NCBI RefSeq assembly: GCF_009914755.1
Contig: NC_060930.1
From: the human T2T-CHM13v2.0 reference genome, Homo sapiens
Strand: one strand, 5' to 3'
DNA: 64,000 nt
In this document: positions 27,294 to 41,279 of the stretch, one piece after another
Numbering within the stretch: the first letter of the stretch is position 1
How the letters are laid out: every line of letters starts with the position of its first letter
The notes under the pieces: model-generated
The model's input: only the letters and a program-made list of their open reading frames with translations
The model's database searches: none
What the model was told of the DNA's origin: nothing
Made by a program: the position numbers and the translations under genes

Positions 27294-28009
27294 CAATTGC
27301 AACAATATTAGAAATTACAAAAGCCTACTTAATGAAGTGGTCAGTGTGGATTTATTTCCTCCAGATAATGTTTTCCAGGACAGATTTTAACAATTATTCC
27401 TCCAACTAGTTTAAGCTTTGGTACATGTGAAGATTTTAAGTAATAGTTAAAAGTTTTGATAATTATCATTGCCCAAAGTGTAGCTTTGGAGTTAAGCCCC
27501 AACCTTTCTTTTGAGCTGCTTTCATAGTGAACAATAACATGTGGTTCAAGTATTCCTGTGATATAAGTGCAGACTAAAATAAAGACATTAATGTCCCCAA
27601 ATGTCTTCCATATGACAATGGAAGAAGGAAATATTTAGATTTTACAAATTGTGAACTCCAAATTATGTATGTATATCTTTTCCTGATAGTATGTTTTCAT
27701 GACAATTTTGATTTTCACAAAATCAAGGACGCTGTTTTTATTGACTTTCATATTACATGAGAGTGGAGGCTGGGAATGGAACTGTCGCAAAATACAGGTA
27801 ATCACTAAAGAAAAATAGATTAAGCCCATCTGTGAGAATTAAGTGTAGTTACCCCAATAGCAAAAGAACTTAGACTATTTTTCATAGTGTATGTCCAATG
27901 CATCTATGCCAAATAGATTTTTTTTTGTTTTTATAAGGTCTACACTCAAAGCAAAAGTGCTTTTGTGAATACAAATATAAGACCCCTATTCTAAGACAAA
28001 GGCAGTGTC

Positions 28010-28520
28010 TGTGTTAAAGTGAAAAAATGGAATTTAAAGTAGGGCAGAGATGACTTTGACTCTTACCTTTCCCTATTACCCACAGTGTGACACTGAGTAA
28101 CTTATATTGCTAGACCTCACATTCCTTGTTCACAAAAATAGAGGTAGCTAGCACATTTTGCTGAAACAAATATGTAAAGTAGGTATCAAGGTGCCTGGCA
28201 AAGAGTAGATGCACCACTTTTGGACTTCCTCCAAACAATTACCACACCTTTAAAGGCAAACTCTTCACCTTCTCATTTACATTTCATATTATTTCTCCAG
28301 GAAAAAACTTCCTGGTCACACAAAATTGATCAAAATCTCCTATTACACCCTCTCATAGCATCCTGTGTACCTCCTTTATGATTATTATAATTTTAATTAT
28401 GTTATTAATACTGTAACTTCTCAGAGATTATAGTCTATGCTTTTTTTGCATCCTTTGTGTCTAGTATCTGAATTAATTACATCATATTAGATGCAGAATA
28501 AATAATTGTTGAATATAGCA
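28010..28520 (+). mobile_element. MIR followed by an L2 3' fragment
   Basis: gtgtgacactgagtaac...gtgcctggcaaagagtagatgc, then aataaataattgttgaat. Confidence 0.5.
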
Positions 28521-29415
28521 CTGATCAGTCCACACAAAAAATTAAGGTGAATAATATCAGACCTTGAGATTTAAATAGATGAATTTTAGTTAATTTATTA
28601 TATATACATATATTACACACACTTATATAATAAATTATATGTTATAGTACATATATATAACACATATATACGTACTACAGAATAAATTATAAATATTACA
28701 AGTGTGTTAATTCAGAAGAGAGGGGACTCATTGAAGGCTGAAATAGGTAGAGAAGGCTTGATGCTGTATGTGGACATTATTCTTAGGATCAGTTTAAATA
28801 TTTACATAGGCAAAGAGGAAAGGCAGTTAGTCCATTCAGGAGATGGAAGTTACAAAATTTAATTAAGAATTTCATGCTTTTTCATAGCAATATAGAGTGT
28901 GACAAGACTAACGCAGGCAGAATATGCCTCAGAGCATTTGAAAATATCAGAATGCAGAGTTCTAATTACCAAATATTACTTCCTATTTGTAGCTTTGCCA
29001 TTTTTGTTGTCATCATCATCTCCAATGTTTACCAAGTGCTTGGGATATATTATGCACTAAATATATATTTTAGGAATAGAAAGGAGAGAATCAGAGAATT
29101 TGGGGACAAGTGCTTCTTAATATTCTTTACTTCCCTTCTATATTTTTTATCTTTTTCATTAAAAAAACCTTTTTTCATTTTTCTTTCTTTTCTCTTTGGG
29201 ATTTTTGGGAATTGTAATCAGAGCACTTTCTTGGTAATAATGAGAAGAAATAATTTTAGAGACAAACAAATAAACACAAGTTTTTAAAAATATGTGTGTG
29301 ACCTCTGCAGTTCTGGTTTACACATTTGCAAAGGGGATGCAGCTAATGTACTGTGTTCTCAATAATATATATTTCCTAATAAATTTGTAATATTATATTA
29401 AATTAACTCTGTTAC

Positions 29416-29466
29416 CTTTATCTTTCAGAATTGAAGAAGTCTTCCCAGATTTTTCTTTTCTAATTT
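29416..29466 (-). CDS. TRDN: Triadin coding micro-exon (~exon 22), 51 nt: EIRKEKSGKTSSILKDK
   Basis: Minus strand reads ctctcttgcag|AAATTAGAAAAG...CTGAAAGATAAAG|gtaaca. In frame. Confidence 0.97.
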
Positions 29467-29754
29467 CTGCAAGAGAGATCATGGGAAGAAAAAGTTACAA
29501 GGAATAAGAGAGGAAAAAAATGCAAGTCTCTTCATGTGTTTTGTATACTGAGGCTTAAGATCACAGGGCATCTGAGTTGATATTCACAATACAAATGTCT
29601 CCAGGCATATGTTGTCTATAAGACATTGGACTAAATATGTAAACAATAGAAAATAAGCCCATGAATTTCTATCACTAGTACAGACTATGCCATATATACA
29701 AAAAAAGGTACATGTAAACTAACATGGGCTTTGAAGAAGAAAGATATAAGAATG

Positions 29755-29950
29755 ATAGCTAACATTGTCTACTTACTACGTGTCAGGCAATATTCTCTAC
29801 CATTTTCTCATTCAGTGCTCACAACTCCATGAGGCATATAGGTTCTGTTATTATTTCTACTTTTCACATAAATTGATTAAATAACTTTCCAAGATCTTTA
29901 AATAGGAGACCTTGGATTTGAACCACTATATCTATGCTCTCAAGCACATA
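29755..29950 (-). mobile_element. MIR
   Basis: tagctaacatt...acttactacgtgtcaggca...ctcacaactccatgagg...ggatttgaacc. Confidence 0.7.
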
Positions 29951-30139
29951 AGTACTGGCTCCAGTAGTTGCACAATGGGCTCAGTGAAGGATGTAAGAAA
30001 GTATGTAGTACTGAGGCAGAACTTGACAAGGGAAAGAAATTAGACCCACAAACATGAAATGGAAAGAAAGACACATTTTAGAGAAACAGAGAGAGAATGG
30101 GAGGCCTGGACAGGGCAGATCTATCAGTTTTGCTCCGTA

Positions 30140-30580
30140 GGCCATTTACAACCAACAGAAGTGGAGGTGATGCTGTGTGACTTCCAAGGCGAAATCAAAA
30201 AAGGTCATGCAGTATTCACCTGCTAATCTAGTGACACCTGCTTTGGGAAATGCAGCTGCCATGTGAGTAATCTAATTAACACCACCATGCTGGAGAGGCT
30301 ACATCTAGGCAGTCCAACTAACAGCCCCAGCTGAGCTCCCAGCCAACAGCTAGTATCAACTGCCAGCCCTCTGAGAGAGCCATCCTTCACATCCAGGAGT
30401 CAGTGATTTTACAAGACTGCAGCCCAGCCAGACATCTGACTGCAATCACATGAGATAATCAAGTGAAAACAGCCTACTGTATCCTCCTGAAGTCCTGACC
30501 TACTAAATGATGAACAACATGAAATCAGCTGTTGTTTTACACCACTAAGTTTTGAAATGGCCTGTATGTAGAAATAGTTG
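30140..30580 (+). mobile_element. MLT1 (G/H-like) MaLR LTR
   Basis: tgtgtgacttccaaggc...cccagctgagctcccagccaacagc...tgttgttttacaccactaagttttg. Confidence 0.8.
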
Positions 30581-30807
30581 TGAAAAGGTAGTTAATCAAC
30601 AAAGAGCAAAATATTTGACCCTGTGAAAAGTACTCCAGTAAAGTTATATAGATAATAGGGAAAGAATTTATTAATTCTAATTTTAAAATTGGGGAAGGTT
30701 TTCACTGAGAGTACGCCATTTAGATTTAGGCTTATAAATTGGGTGGAATTTCATTGGCCAGGAAATGCCATTTTAATTGCATAACTGTAAGTAGATGTAT
30801 TAGGGGG

Positions 30808-31101
30808 TTTTTTTTGTTTTTGTTTTTGTTTTTTTTGTCTTGCTTTGTTGCCAGGCTGGAGTGCAGTGGCGCGATCTTGGCTCACTGAAATCCCAGGTTC
30901 AAGTGATTCTCCTGCCTCAGCCTCCCAAGTAGCTGGGATTACAGGCACCCACCAGCATGCCCGGCTAATTTTTGTATTTTTAGTAGAGACAGGTTTTCAC
31001 CATACTAGCCAGGCTGGTCTCGAACTCCTGACCTCAAGTGATCTGCTGAACTCGGTCTCCCAAAGTGCTGGGATTACAGGCGTGAGCCACCATGCCCGGC
31101 C
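30808..31101 (-). mobile_element. AluS with small internal and 3' deletions
   Basis: Dimeric Alu in reverse, flanked by atgtattagg at 30795 and 31102. Confidence 0.95.
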
Positions 31102-34100
31102 ATGTATTAGGTTTTTTTGTTTTTGTTTTTGTTTTTTAAGCTGAGAATGGTTCTTAGAGTTCTTACTTGGCTTACAGTAGGATAATTTTCCCTCACCTGA
31201 GATACAAAATGTAAAAAGGAGAGGTCTTTGGAGGAAGACATTATTTCTGTTTTGAAAGTATTGTGTTTCATATGTCAACAGGACGCCCAAAAAGGAAACA
31301 TCCAGCAAGCAGTTGGAAAAAACAGGTGAAGTGCAGATCATTTACAGGTGCTGCAAAGCAACCTACAGTATTCCTTATAAATGAAAACTATCAATATAAC
31401 TAGTAGCTTGTTTTTTCAAAGGCCTCAAATTAATCTTATTTGCTTTGTTCACACAGACTGACTTGACTTATTAAGTAAACCAATTATATAAAAGCAAAAT
31501 AAACCAGAAAGTGAACAATTATTTTCTTAATAATATGTGACTGGTGAAAACACACCCACACACTAAGACTAGTGTTCTCAGCTGTTCTTTTTACCGGCAT
31601 GTTTCAAATCCAATCTCATATAATTTGTCTGTATTGACATATCATTTATATATTGGTAGTGATGGCCTTAACTTTATACATTTTGATGTGCTATTGCCAG
31701 ACCTTTAAAAATTTAAAATACAGATTATGATCAAAATAGCTATAGAAGTCGAGTTTTAAATAATCTGAGATAAAAACTATTCATTTTGAAAATAATACTC
31801 AATAGAAATGCATCCAGGAATTTTCCAGTTTAAGTTATGGGCCTGAGTATATTTAACCAAAAATAAATAGCAAAGAGCTTTTACTTTTAATTGTATTGTA
31901 GAATATAAAAGGTATATATGGCAATAGTGTTTCCTTTTCCTTCCACAAGAATTCTTTGAAAAAAGAGGCTCATGAAAAAGACAAGACAAAAGACTGAAAT
32001 AGTGGAAAGTCTTATAACAGAGGATATCAGCCCTAGAGTTCTTTCCTGACACAAGCATAAACATTTTGAATCCAAACTACAAGTATTCATCTGTTTAAAG
32101 GAAACAGCAGTAATTATTAATACCATTGATCTGCCTATTATTTATTATTCATTGCTCTGAATGATCAAGTATAAATTCAGTTTTATCATTAGTGACATTT
32201 AGTGAGAATGTTAATACAAATATTTTGTTGGAGCTTTCTGGCTTGGTGTCAACATTGAACATAGCTAGAACAAAAAAAGAAAGTGAAATTGGAAAGTGTA
32301 AAGGATTCTAACAAAATTATCAGGCAGTTAAGATCCCTTGGTTCTATAAAGAACCAAATTCAAAATTCTTAATCTTTCTTACCCAGCTTGCTCTACTGAA
32401 GTGCTCAGAAATATAACTTCAAAAACTCTCTCTCTCTTTCTCTTTTGTAGTTATAAGATGCTTGCTGATCTGAGATATTTTTTCACGAACATAATGAATA
32501 ATACCAACATACCAAACTTTTTGGACTTTTCTTCTGATGGAAAGAATAATTGTAAAGAACCACCTGGCAAGCTTTATCTGAAAGTGAAACGATATCTGAT
32601 AATTTCCCAGAGTGTAACTTATAACGCACATCATCACACAGCATCAAAAAAGAAAATAAAATTGTCTCACAACATCTTGTGGTTGCTTCCTAATATGATA
32701 CTGCACTGTTCCTAAAGTTATTTAATAGTGATTAATTGCATAATTGTTTTAATAGTTAATATGTGAATCCCTTACATGAATGTCTCTTTGTTTTATTTTA
32801 ATTCGAATGCAATTTTGATAATCCAGGATATTTTTAAAAATATATTTTATAATATTTTCAATCTACTACAAACTCCAACATATAAAATTTATAAGTAAAT
32901 ACAGAGACAGAATTTTCAAGTTGCCTAAATGATTTAAAATATTGTGTTTACAATTATCATGAAGGAAATAATAATATATTGATGCTTTATGTAACAGTAA
33001 ATTTGAATTCTTCTGAAAGATATAACAGACTAATTTTACTGTAGACACTTCATTAACTTTGTAATTAAATATAACTTGGTCAGGACACTGTCTTTAACTT
33101 TCTCTTTGTCATAATGATACATTTAACTGTTTTGTATTCTATTGGGCTAAAGAACTTGGTAAATATAGTTTTTTAACATTTTACATTTTTTTCCTGAATA
33201 TATGTTTTAAAATCTTTACAGTGTTTCCAGTTGAATTATATCTATGCATTGCTATCTTTTTAAACTTGGGACTTTTATTTATTTCATAGTCTTTATATTT
33301 TATTTAAAAAGAATAAAATTTTGCAACCTGTGTAATCCTCTATCTCTAACTGGACAACCCAATTAAAAAGCATAATATAAAATTTTCTTGAATGACATCT
33401 GAACAATGTTGTCAGTACGTGAAGACTGTGGGAAGATATTCCTCAAGAAATTGTAAATAAGGGAAATTAGACTATTCTCTCAGATTTTAGTTATATATTT
33501 AACATATTTAGGGGATGGAGAATAAGTGAATTCCAAAAGCATCAACTAGAAAATACTATATAACACTTTGTAAATACTTCTTTGAAGAGCTTCCTTAAAT
33601 TACACTTGTATATTCTAGACAAGCTGGGCTGTATTGGCATGTTAAAACAGTGACATATACAAAGGCATAAGAATGTGAAATAACAGCCTTATGCAGTAGT
33701 GTCAGTATTCTAGTCTTTTTGATAAGCTCTTCCTTATAGTAGTATAGTTCTTCAAATTACCTTAGCTGAGGGGCTTCTCTTGAAACAATCTAAATAACCT
33801 TTTCCTTTGACTAAATTCTGGTTCAATTTCATAATTACTAGGTTTTGAGGCTGTGTGCCTCGGCTGCAAGCATTGGAGTATTCATATATACACACTTTGA
33901 TATTCTTATCCTTATGCGCCTTAATAATCTGACTACTAATCAAAATTAGTAGGGTGCACTTTAGTTCATCTCTGTCTAGCTCTTTCAGAAAGATCAGGAA
34001 TATTTAAAGATATAAAAACATAAAATTAGCCCTCCTTTATTTGATAAGAAATTAGATATGCATTCTATTAACTTCTATTTTAATGTTGGGGAGATGAGAT

Positions 34101-34309
34101 GAACTAGGATATCTTAGGGACAGGGTTGGCTACTGAACCACTAAAGAATACTCTTTCAAAGAAAATTTTATTAGTCATGAAATTTTTCTAGTGTAGTCCC
34201 ATCAATTTAAGATGTCAAAGCTTCCATGTTTAAATTAAGATAATAACTTTATTACAATACTGTAATTTCCTTGAGGGCAGGGCTCAAGGAAATTCCTGTA
34301 TCCACGTAT

Positions 34310-34530
34310 AATGATAAAGCATTATTTTGTGTAGTTAGGCATTTTTTAACATAAGATCGCTTTAACTTCTCACCTGTCTCCAAAGAGGTAGGTATTATCC
34401 ATAATTTTATAGATGTGATATCTGAAGCTAAGAGATAAGTAACTTGCCCAAGGTTACAGCTAGTAAATTGGAATGGAAAATTTGAACCCAGGTTATGAGA
34501 TGACAAAGTTAGGGTTAAATTTCTACACTA
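34310..34530 (-). mobile_element. MIR
   Basis: ggtaggtattatccataattttatagatg...aagtaacttgcccaaggttacagctagtaa...tttgaacccagg. Confidence 0.8.
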
Positions 34531-35444
34531 TACCTCTGGGAGCATCCTGGATTATAAAGTAGATATCACCACAAATTGTTCCTAAAAGTGAACAGGGTGC
34601 CTATCTGAATCACCAAATAACATCAATGTTCTTCATAACTGCCAGCCTGCCACAGCCTTGCAAATCATATGTCTGAAGCAGGGACTAGGTAGCCTAACAC
34701 ATACTCGAAATTCCACAACTATCTGTTGAATGAGTTAATAAATTTGTCAAATTTTGTGCTGATCACATTTTATCAGGAAACTTATTGTCAAATCTTTACA
34801 CAGTAACCTGATCATCATTATAAACATCTTTCATGATTAGCCATTTTCCAATTTGTAACCTTTGTGTGGCAAAAGTGTCAAGTAAAATGAAATGGCCAAT
34901 ATCTGATAGTCTTCCTGGACAAAAAAGAAAATTACGTATATTTAAATCCAATGTTTACCTCACATTTTATTTTTTTTGTTATCTAAGAAATTTTGAGTGA
35001 CTTTCCAAAGTTCAGTAATCTCACACACATATATTACACTTTTATGCCCATTTATTTTTTATAATAACTTCTGATTATCCATTCATTTAAGATATAATAC
35101 ATTCTTTATTTCTATAACAATGTTATTCATTATATTCTATATTGTCTTTTGAACTTTTTAAAATGGAAATCCTGTCCTAAAACACATTTATGTGGGATCT
35201 CAAGAATCATTCTCATTATAGTGTAACTGTTCAAATTGAAACTTAATTTATAAGATGATATATATTGAAAAATTGAAGAAATATAATTGAATATAAGAAA
35301 AAATGTTAACTGAATAATTATTAATATAATCAAAATAAAGGAGGCTTTTAATATATCTTTCTGCTACTCATGGTATAAAATTTCAAAATATACTTCAAAA
35401 TTAACTTAGTGAACTGGACTAATTCTTCGAGATTTCCGTGCACT

Positions 35445-35545
35445 CGAGTTAGTGGTGCAGCACACCACCAAGGCACATGTATACATATGTAACTAACCTG
35501 CACATTGTGCACATGTACCCTGAAACTTAAAGTATAATAATAAAA
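35445..35545 (+). mobile_element. Young L1PA (L1PA2-4-like) extreme 3' end, ~100 bp
   Basis: cgagttagtgg...gtaactaacctgcacattgtgcacatgtaccctgaaacttaaagtataataata. Candidate TSD aaaattaa. Confidence 0.9.
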
Positions 35546-35553
35546 AAAATTAA

Positions 35554-38225
35554 TAGACCTTAATTTTTAGAGTAGATTTATGATTACAGCAAAACTAATC
35601 AGAAAGTGCGGAGTTCCTGTACATTCTTTCTGTAACAGACTGAACGTGTCCCTTCAAAATTCATATGTTGAAATCCTACTCCCAATGTTATGGTATGGCA
35701 CCTCTGGCAGATAATTAGGTCATCAGCATGGAACCCTCATTAATCAAATTAGTGGTCTTAGAAAAATAAAAGGAACCCCAGAGAGCTCTCTTGCCCTCTT
35801 TCTGCATGTCAGGATACAAAAAGACAGCAGTTTGCAATCCAGAAGAGGGCTGTCACAGCACATCACCATTCTAGCAGCCTGATTTTAGGCTTCCAGCCTC
35901 CAGATCTGTGAGAAATAAAGTTTTGTTGTTTATAAGCCACCCAGTCAATGGCAGTTTGTTATAGCAGCCCAAACTAATACACCCTCTTCAAGCACACTCA
36001 GGCTCCATCACTATCAGTATCCCTCAAGAGTGTGGTACATTTATTACCATCCAAGAAGCAATATTGATACATCTTTATCAACCAAAGTCCATAGTTTACA
36101 TTAGGGTTCAATCTTAGTTTTATACATCTTATAGATTTTGACAAAAGTATAATGACACGTATCTGCCATTGTAGTTTCATTCAGAATAATTTCATTACCC
36201 TAAAAATTCTCTATGCTCCACCTATTCACCCTTCTCTCCTCCCCAAACCCTAGTAACCACTGAGTTTTTAACTTTCTCCATACTTTTGCCTTTTCCAGAA
36301 TGTCATACAGTTGTAATTATACAACATGTTGACTCTTCACATTGGCATATTTCACTTAGAAATATAATTTAAGGTTCTTCTATGTATTTTTATGGCTTGA
36401 CAGCTCATGTATTTTCCACACTGAATAAAAATCTCATTATATTAATGTACCAGAATTTATTTATCTGTTCACCTATTGAAGGACATCTTGGTTGCTTCCT
36501 AGTTTTAGGAAATACGAATAAAGCTGATATAAACATTTGTGTGCAGGTTTTTGCATATACATAAGTTTTCAGCTTATTTGGATAAATACCAAGGAGCATA
36601 ATTGCTGGATTGCATCGTGAGAGTAAGGTTAGTTTTCTAAGAAGCTGCCAAATTGTCTTTTTGCATTTCCACAAGCAAAGAATGAGAGTTTCTGTTGCTC
36701 TACACCCTCCCCAGCATTTTGTATTGTTAGTGTTTTGGATTTTAGCTATTCTAATAGGTGTGTAGTGGTATCTCATTGTTTTAATCTAATGACATGTTAT
36801 GTTGAACATCTTTTCATATGCTTATTCCCATCTTTATATCTTATAAGCCCAACTTATATATTTTTTTTCTTTCATGGACTTTGTCTTTTGTGTTTTATTT
36901 AAAATGTAATTGTCAAACCCAAGGACACCTAAATCTTCTATGTTATTTCCCAGGAATTTTATAGTTTTATGTTTTACATTTAGGTCTATGATCCACTTTG
37001 AGTTAATTTTCTTGTGGAGGACGTAAAGACTATTTTTGAGGGTTTTTTGTTTTCTTTTTTATTTTTGTTTATGGATGTCCAGTTGTTGCAACACCAATTT
37101 GTTCAAAAGTCTATCCTTTCTCCAGCAAATTGTTTTTTCTCCTTTGTCAAAGATCAGCTGATTATATTTTTGTGAGTGCATTTCTGAGTTCTCTATTCTC
37201 TTTCATTGATTTATTTGTCTATTCTGTCACTAATATCATACTGTCCTGATTACTGTATTTTTACAGTAAGTTGTGAAGTTCAGTAGTGTCAGTTTGCCAC
37301 TTAATTCTCATTTTCCAATGCTGTGTTGGCTCTTCTGGGTCTTTTGCCTTTTCATATAAACTTTAGAATTAGTTTGTCAATAGCCACAAGATAACTTGCT
37401 AGAATTGTTTTTGGAATTGTGTTAAATCTGTAGCTCAATTTAGGAAGAATTGGCAGCTTGACAATACTAAGTCATTGTATCAATGAATATGGAGTATCTC
37501 TCAATTTATTTAGTTTCTGTTTATTTCTTTTACGTGGTTTCCCTCCAACAGGTCTTATACATAATTTAAAAAATATACCTAAGTGTTTATGTTTTTGGTG
37601 CCAATATAAGTGATCGTTGTGTTTTTAATCTTGTTCATTCAAATTTTTCATTACTGATATAACAGAGTAACTGACTTTTGCATATTAACTTTGCGCCCTG
37701 AAACCTTGTTATATTCTGTGATTAGTTCCAGGAAGTTTTTGGAATTTTCTACATAAATAAGTCATATTTGAACAAATACAGTTTTATTTTTTTCCCAACT
37801 TGTACACCATTTATTTCCTTTTCTTATATTGTTGCATTCGCTAAAACTTTCAGTATGATGTTGATGAAGGGGCGTGAAAGCGAACATCCTTGCCGTGTTC
37901 CTGACCTCAGCAAGAGAGCTTTTAACTTCGCACCATTAAATAGAATGTTAGCTGTAGGATTTTTGTAAAAATTATTTACCAAGTTTAAGAATTTTCTGTC
38001 TATTCCTAGTTTGCTGAGAGTTTTTAACCATCAATGGGTGTTAGATTTTCTCAAATGCTTTTACCATTACTATTCATAGGGTCATGTGTTTTTTTCTTCT
38101 TTAGCCTGTTGATGTTATTGATTACTTAAACACTTTTCAAATGTCAAACTAGACTTGCATATCTGGAATACGTATAATTCTTTTTATGTATTGTTGAATT
38201 TGATTTTTTATATTTTAGATTTTTA
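35554..38225 (-). mobile_element. L1MB/MC-type element (3'UTR plus ORF2), interrupted by MLT1A
   Basis: ORF 36405-36776 (MRYHYTPIRIAKI...LLGIYP...KTCTQMFISALF) is the L1 ORF2 C-terminus. Confidence 0.9.
35631..35981 (+). mobile_element. MLT1A/MSTD MaLR solo LTR
   Basis: tg...caaaattcatatgttgaaatccta...aataaa...tttataagccacccagtc...ttatagcagccc...aca. Confidence 0.9.
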
Positions 38226-38509
38226 TTAAATTTTTAAAAAATTTCCACACTAACTGTATTGTAATCTTTGTGATGGATATGTACACAGAAAGAAAATTGA
38301 GGTCCAAGACTCTCAAAAAGGGTTTGGTTGGAGTAAAATAAAAGCCGATGCTATTTCAACAAACCAGAAACTGTTCTTTGTGTTGTGCTTACCAGAATGA
38401 CAGAGTGTCTCTACTGTGGATAAAGAAGTCCAGGACCCCTAGAATCCTTTCTCTTGAAAATGATATTATAAAAGGAGGACACAAGTTTGTGTTTTAAAAG
38501 ATAAACTAT

Positions 38510-38960
38510 ATTATATTTAATAGATATTTGTTGAGTGTCTCTTTTCTACTGAGAGCTGGAAAAATAAGGAAGATTGTGTGGAGTTCGAACTGTGTTGTGA
38601 TGCAACGACATAGACAGATTAAATACGATGATAAAGGGCTCAGAACTCTGGGTGCATAGCAGAAAGACTGGCAAACTCGACCTGAGAAAATGAAAGAAGA
38701 CTTCACAGAAACACTGGCATTTGTGATGGATTCAAAAACTGATAAAATTTGGAATGAAAGAAGAATTAGAAAGGCATTTCAAACATAAAAAAAAACATAA
38801 GAATACCATGGAGTGTGAAAGTTCATGTGGATTCTTGAATGGAGAACGTGGGGTAGAAACAGTGAACCTTGGCTGGAAAGTCACACTGAGGCTTGGTAGC
38901 AAAAGGAACTTGTGTTACCCTCTAAGGAATTTAAATGTATATGCTTCCAGTGATAAGGAT
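38510..38960 (-). mobile_element. L2 fragment
   Basis: aatagatatttgttgagtgtc... followed by purine-rich reverse L2 text. Confidence 0.55.
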
Positions 38961-41279
38961 TTAAAGATCCTAAAGCCAAACTTGTTCCTGCCATTGTGCC
39001 AATGAATTTGCAAAATTTTGCTAAGAGAATATAGTACGTACTGAAAAACTGACAGTACAAAGTCATTATTGCCATGTTGTAAAAATAATCAGAAACCACC
39101 AGTCACACACAGTTGTTATCTACATTATCTTATCTCCAGAGACATTAAGTTCTTCTGCCCCATTTTTTATAGCTTTTTTTCTGTGTGTATCAAGGGCATA
39201 CTTTCTATATCCTGTGTGCCATTATTACTAATTCTCATGCTTACAACCTTACTTAAAGCATTTTATGTCATTTAATTTGGTACCCAATAGCATGCCTTAT
39301 TCCTGAGATATTTTTGAAATTTAAGTGTAATGTAACGTATCAGCAAAACTTTAAATATTGTCATTCCATTTAGTAGATTTAAATAATATTTTAAGGTATT
39401 TTCATTTTATAATCTAAATTGGACTTTCCTGTTGATTGATTGTACTTGCAATCAGAAGACAGCTTGTTCTTCAGCATTGGGGGCAATGTGGAAATGTCTT
39501 GAGCATGGAAAACATGTCTTACAAGTGAGAATTGAACAATATTAGAGATGGAAGGTCCTTTAGAGATAGCTTAATACAATAATATTTGCTTATTTAAAAA
39601 AGGCAGTGCAAGGCAAATAAGTAGCCCAGTCACAGAACAAATGATTGATAGAGCTAAACTAAGCCCAAAGTTTTATTTGGAGATAGCTCTGTGCTCTATT
39701 GTTCAAGCAGGTTAACATTTTATAATTGCCACTGGCTATCATCAATTATTTCTTCTTTGAAGACCAAAGTTGTAAGCGCTAACTCCAAGTTAAGAATTTT
39801 TGACCATGGAATGCAATGTAAAGGCTTGAAATGAGAATGCAGATTCTCTGTCTGGGAAATAATTTTTCCTTTTTTTTCTGTATAAAAATCAAGTGAAGTA
39901 AAACCCAGACTTTTCAGGTCATAATGATGAAAAACTTTTAACTACTACTTTGACATTCCAAGATCTGAGTTAAATTTTGACTCTTAAAGCATTGCTTTAC
40001 AACTAGCTTGTAATATATCATTGGTCTATAAAAATTGGGACAATAATAGTCACTAAGATGCAGGTAAATGTTGTGTAGAATATTGATAAAGTGTTGATTT
40101 TCATTACTAAAATTACTTGACCTGAAATGTGTAACTTAATTTACAATGAGAATACAGTAACAATGCATTTTTACATAGGGCTGATGGTTTCAGATTATTT
40201 CTGTGATTTAATTTTAGAGTATGAAACTTAAATTTCATTAATTTGGTCCAGGAACTGGAAAAGTAATTGACGATAAGGAACTGTATTTAAGATAGTGAAA
40301 ACCAATTCATTTGTCTTTTCATAATTAGGCCTGTAGTGGAAAGCTAATCTGTAAATAAAAGAAGAAAATAAATAAAAAGGAAACAAAATTTCTCAGGAAA
40401 CAATCTTTGCTCTGACCACTCAGCTTTGTAATGTAGCAGCTTGTAATATACTTTCTATTAAAGATTCTTAAGGGAAAAAGAGATACAACCTACTGTGGCT
40501 TCAGCATAATAGCAGGAGTGAAGGTAAATATTAATAGATAAAAAATGAAATTAGCAGCTCAATAATCTTAAACTCATAATGTTGCATGGTGAACATTATA
40601 ATGCACTTCTGATTTCTTTTATATAATCTTGTCTAGAATGTCAAAGGGATACATAAAGTTGGTTATTTCCTCACAGACATAATTGACACACATTGCCCAT
40701 TTTTTGGGGTGAAATTCTCTTTAATGTTGAATAGCAATCCCATCAATGTCTGAATCACATGAATCAAATATTGCATGGCAGAAAGCAGACCTCTATGAGA
40801 AATTAATGTTAACAATATGAACTTCCATTGAGTACGTATTATTCTGCTGTGATAAGTAGGATTTAGATCTTTCTCTTATTAAAGGAATAGTGTGAGTGGA
40901 AAGAAAGAGTTAGAAAAGAAGGGACTAGAAAGTAATTTCCCATTAATGAGATAAAATATAAGAATAAATTGTTTTCATAATATTAAGTAAAATAAGAGTA
41001 AGAAGAAGTAAAATGTATTATGTGAGTAAGTGAGGCAGTGGAGTGGAGAATTGAGTTGCTAATGGTTCTCTTGAAAATATATAAACTACATAAACAAGGA
41101 GAGTATCCTCGTTTTCATGCATTGCCTTCAATATAGACCATCTTCTCTCCGAAGCCCATGCTATGCCCCTCACACCCATTCCCCAGCGCCTGGCCAGTTG
41201 TGGGCGCTCAATAAATATTAAACAACCAAAGCACGAAGTATTGTCAAAAAGTTTAGAATTCACAGGAATCTATAATATT

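Noticed and set aside
28874-29287. 137-aa plus-strand ORF, hydrophobic
   Set aside because: F/I/L-rich translation of T-rich intron and repeat remnants, antisense to TRDN, with no recognisable domain.
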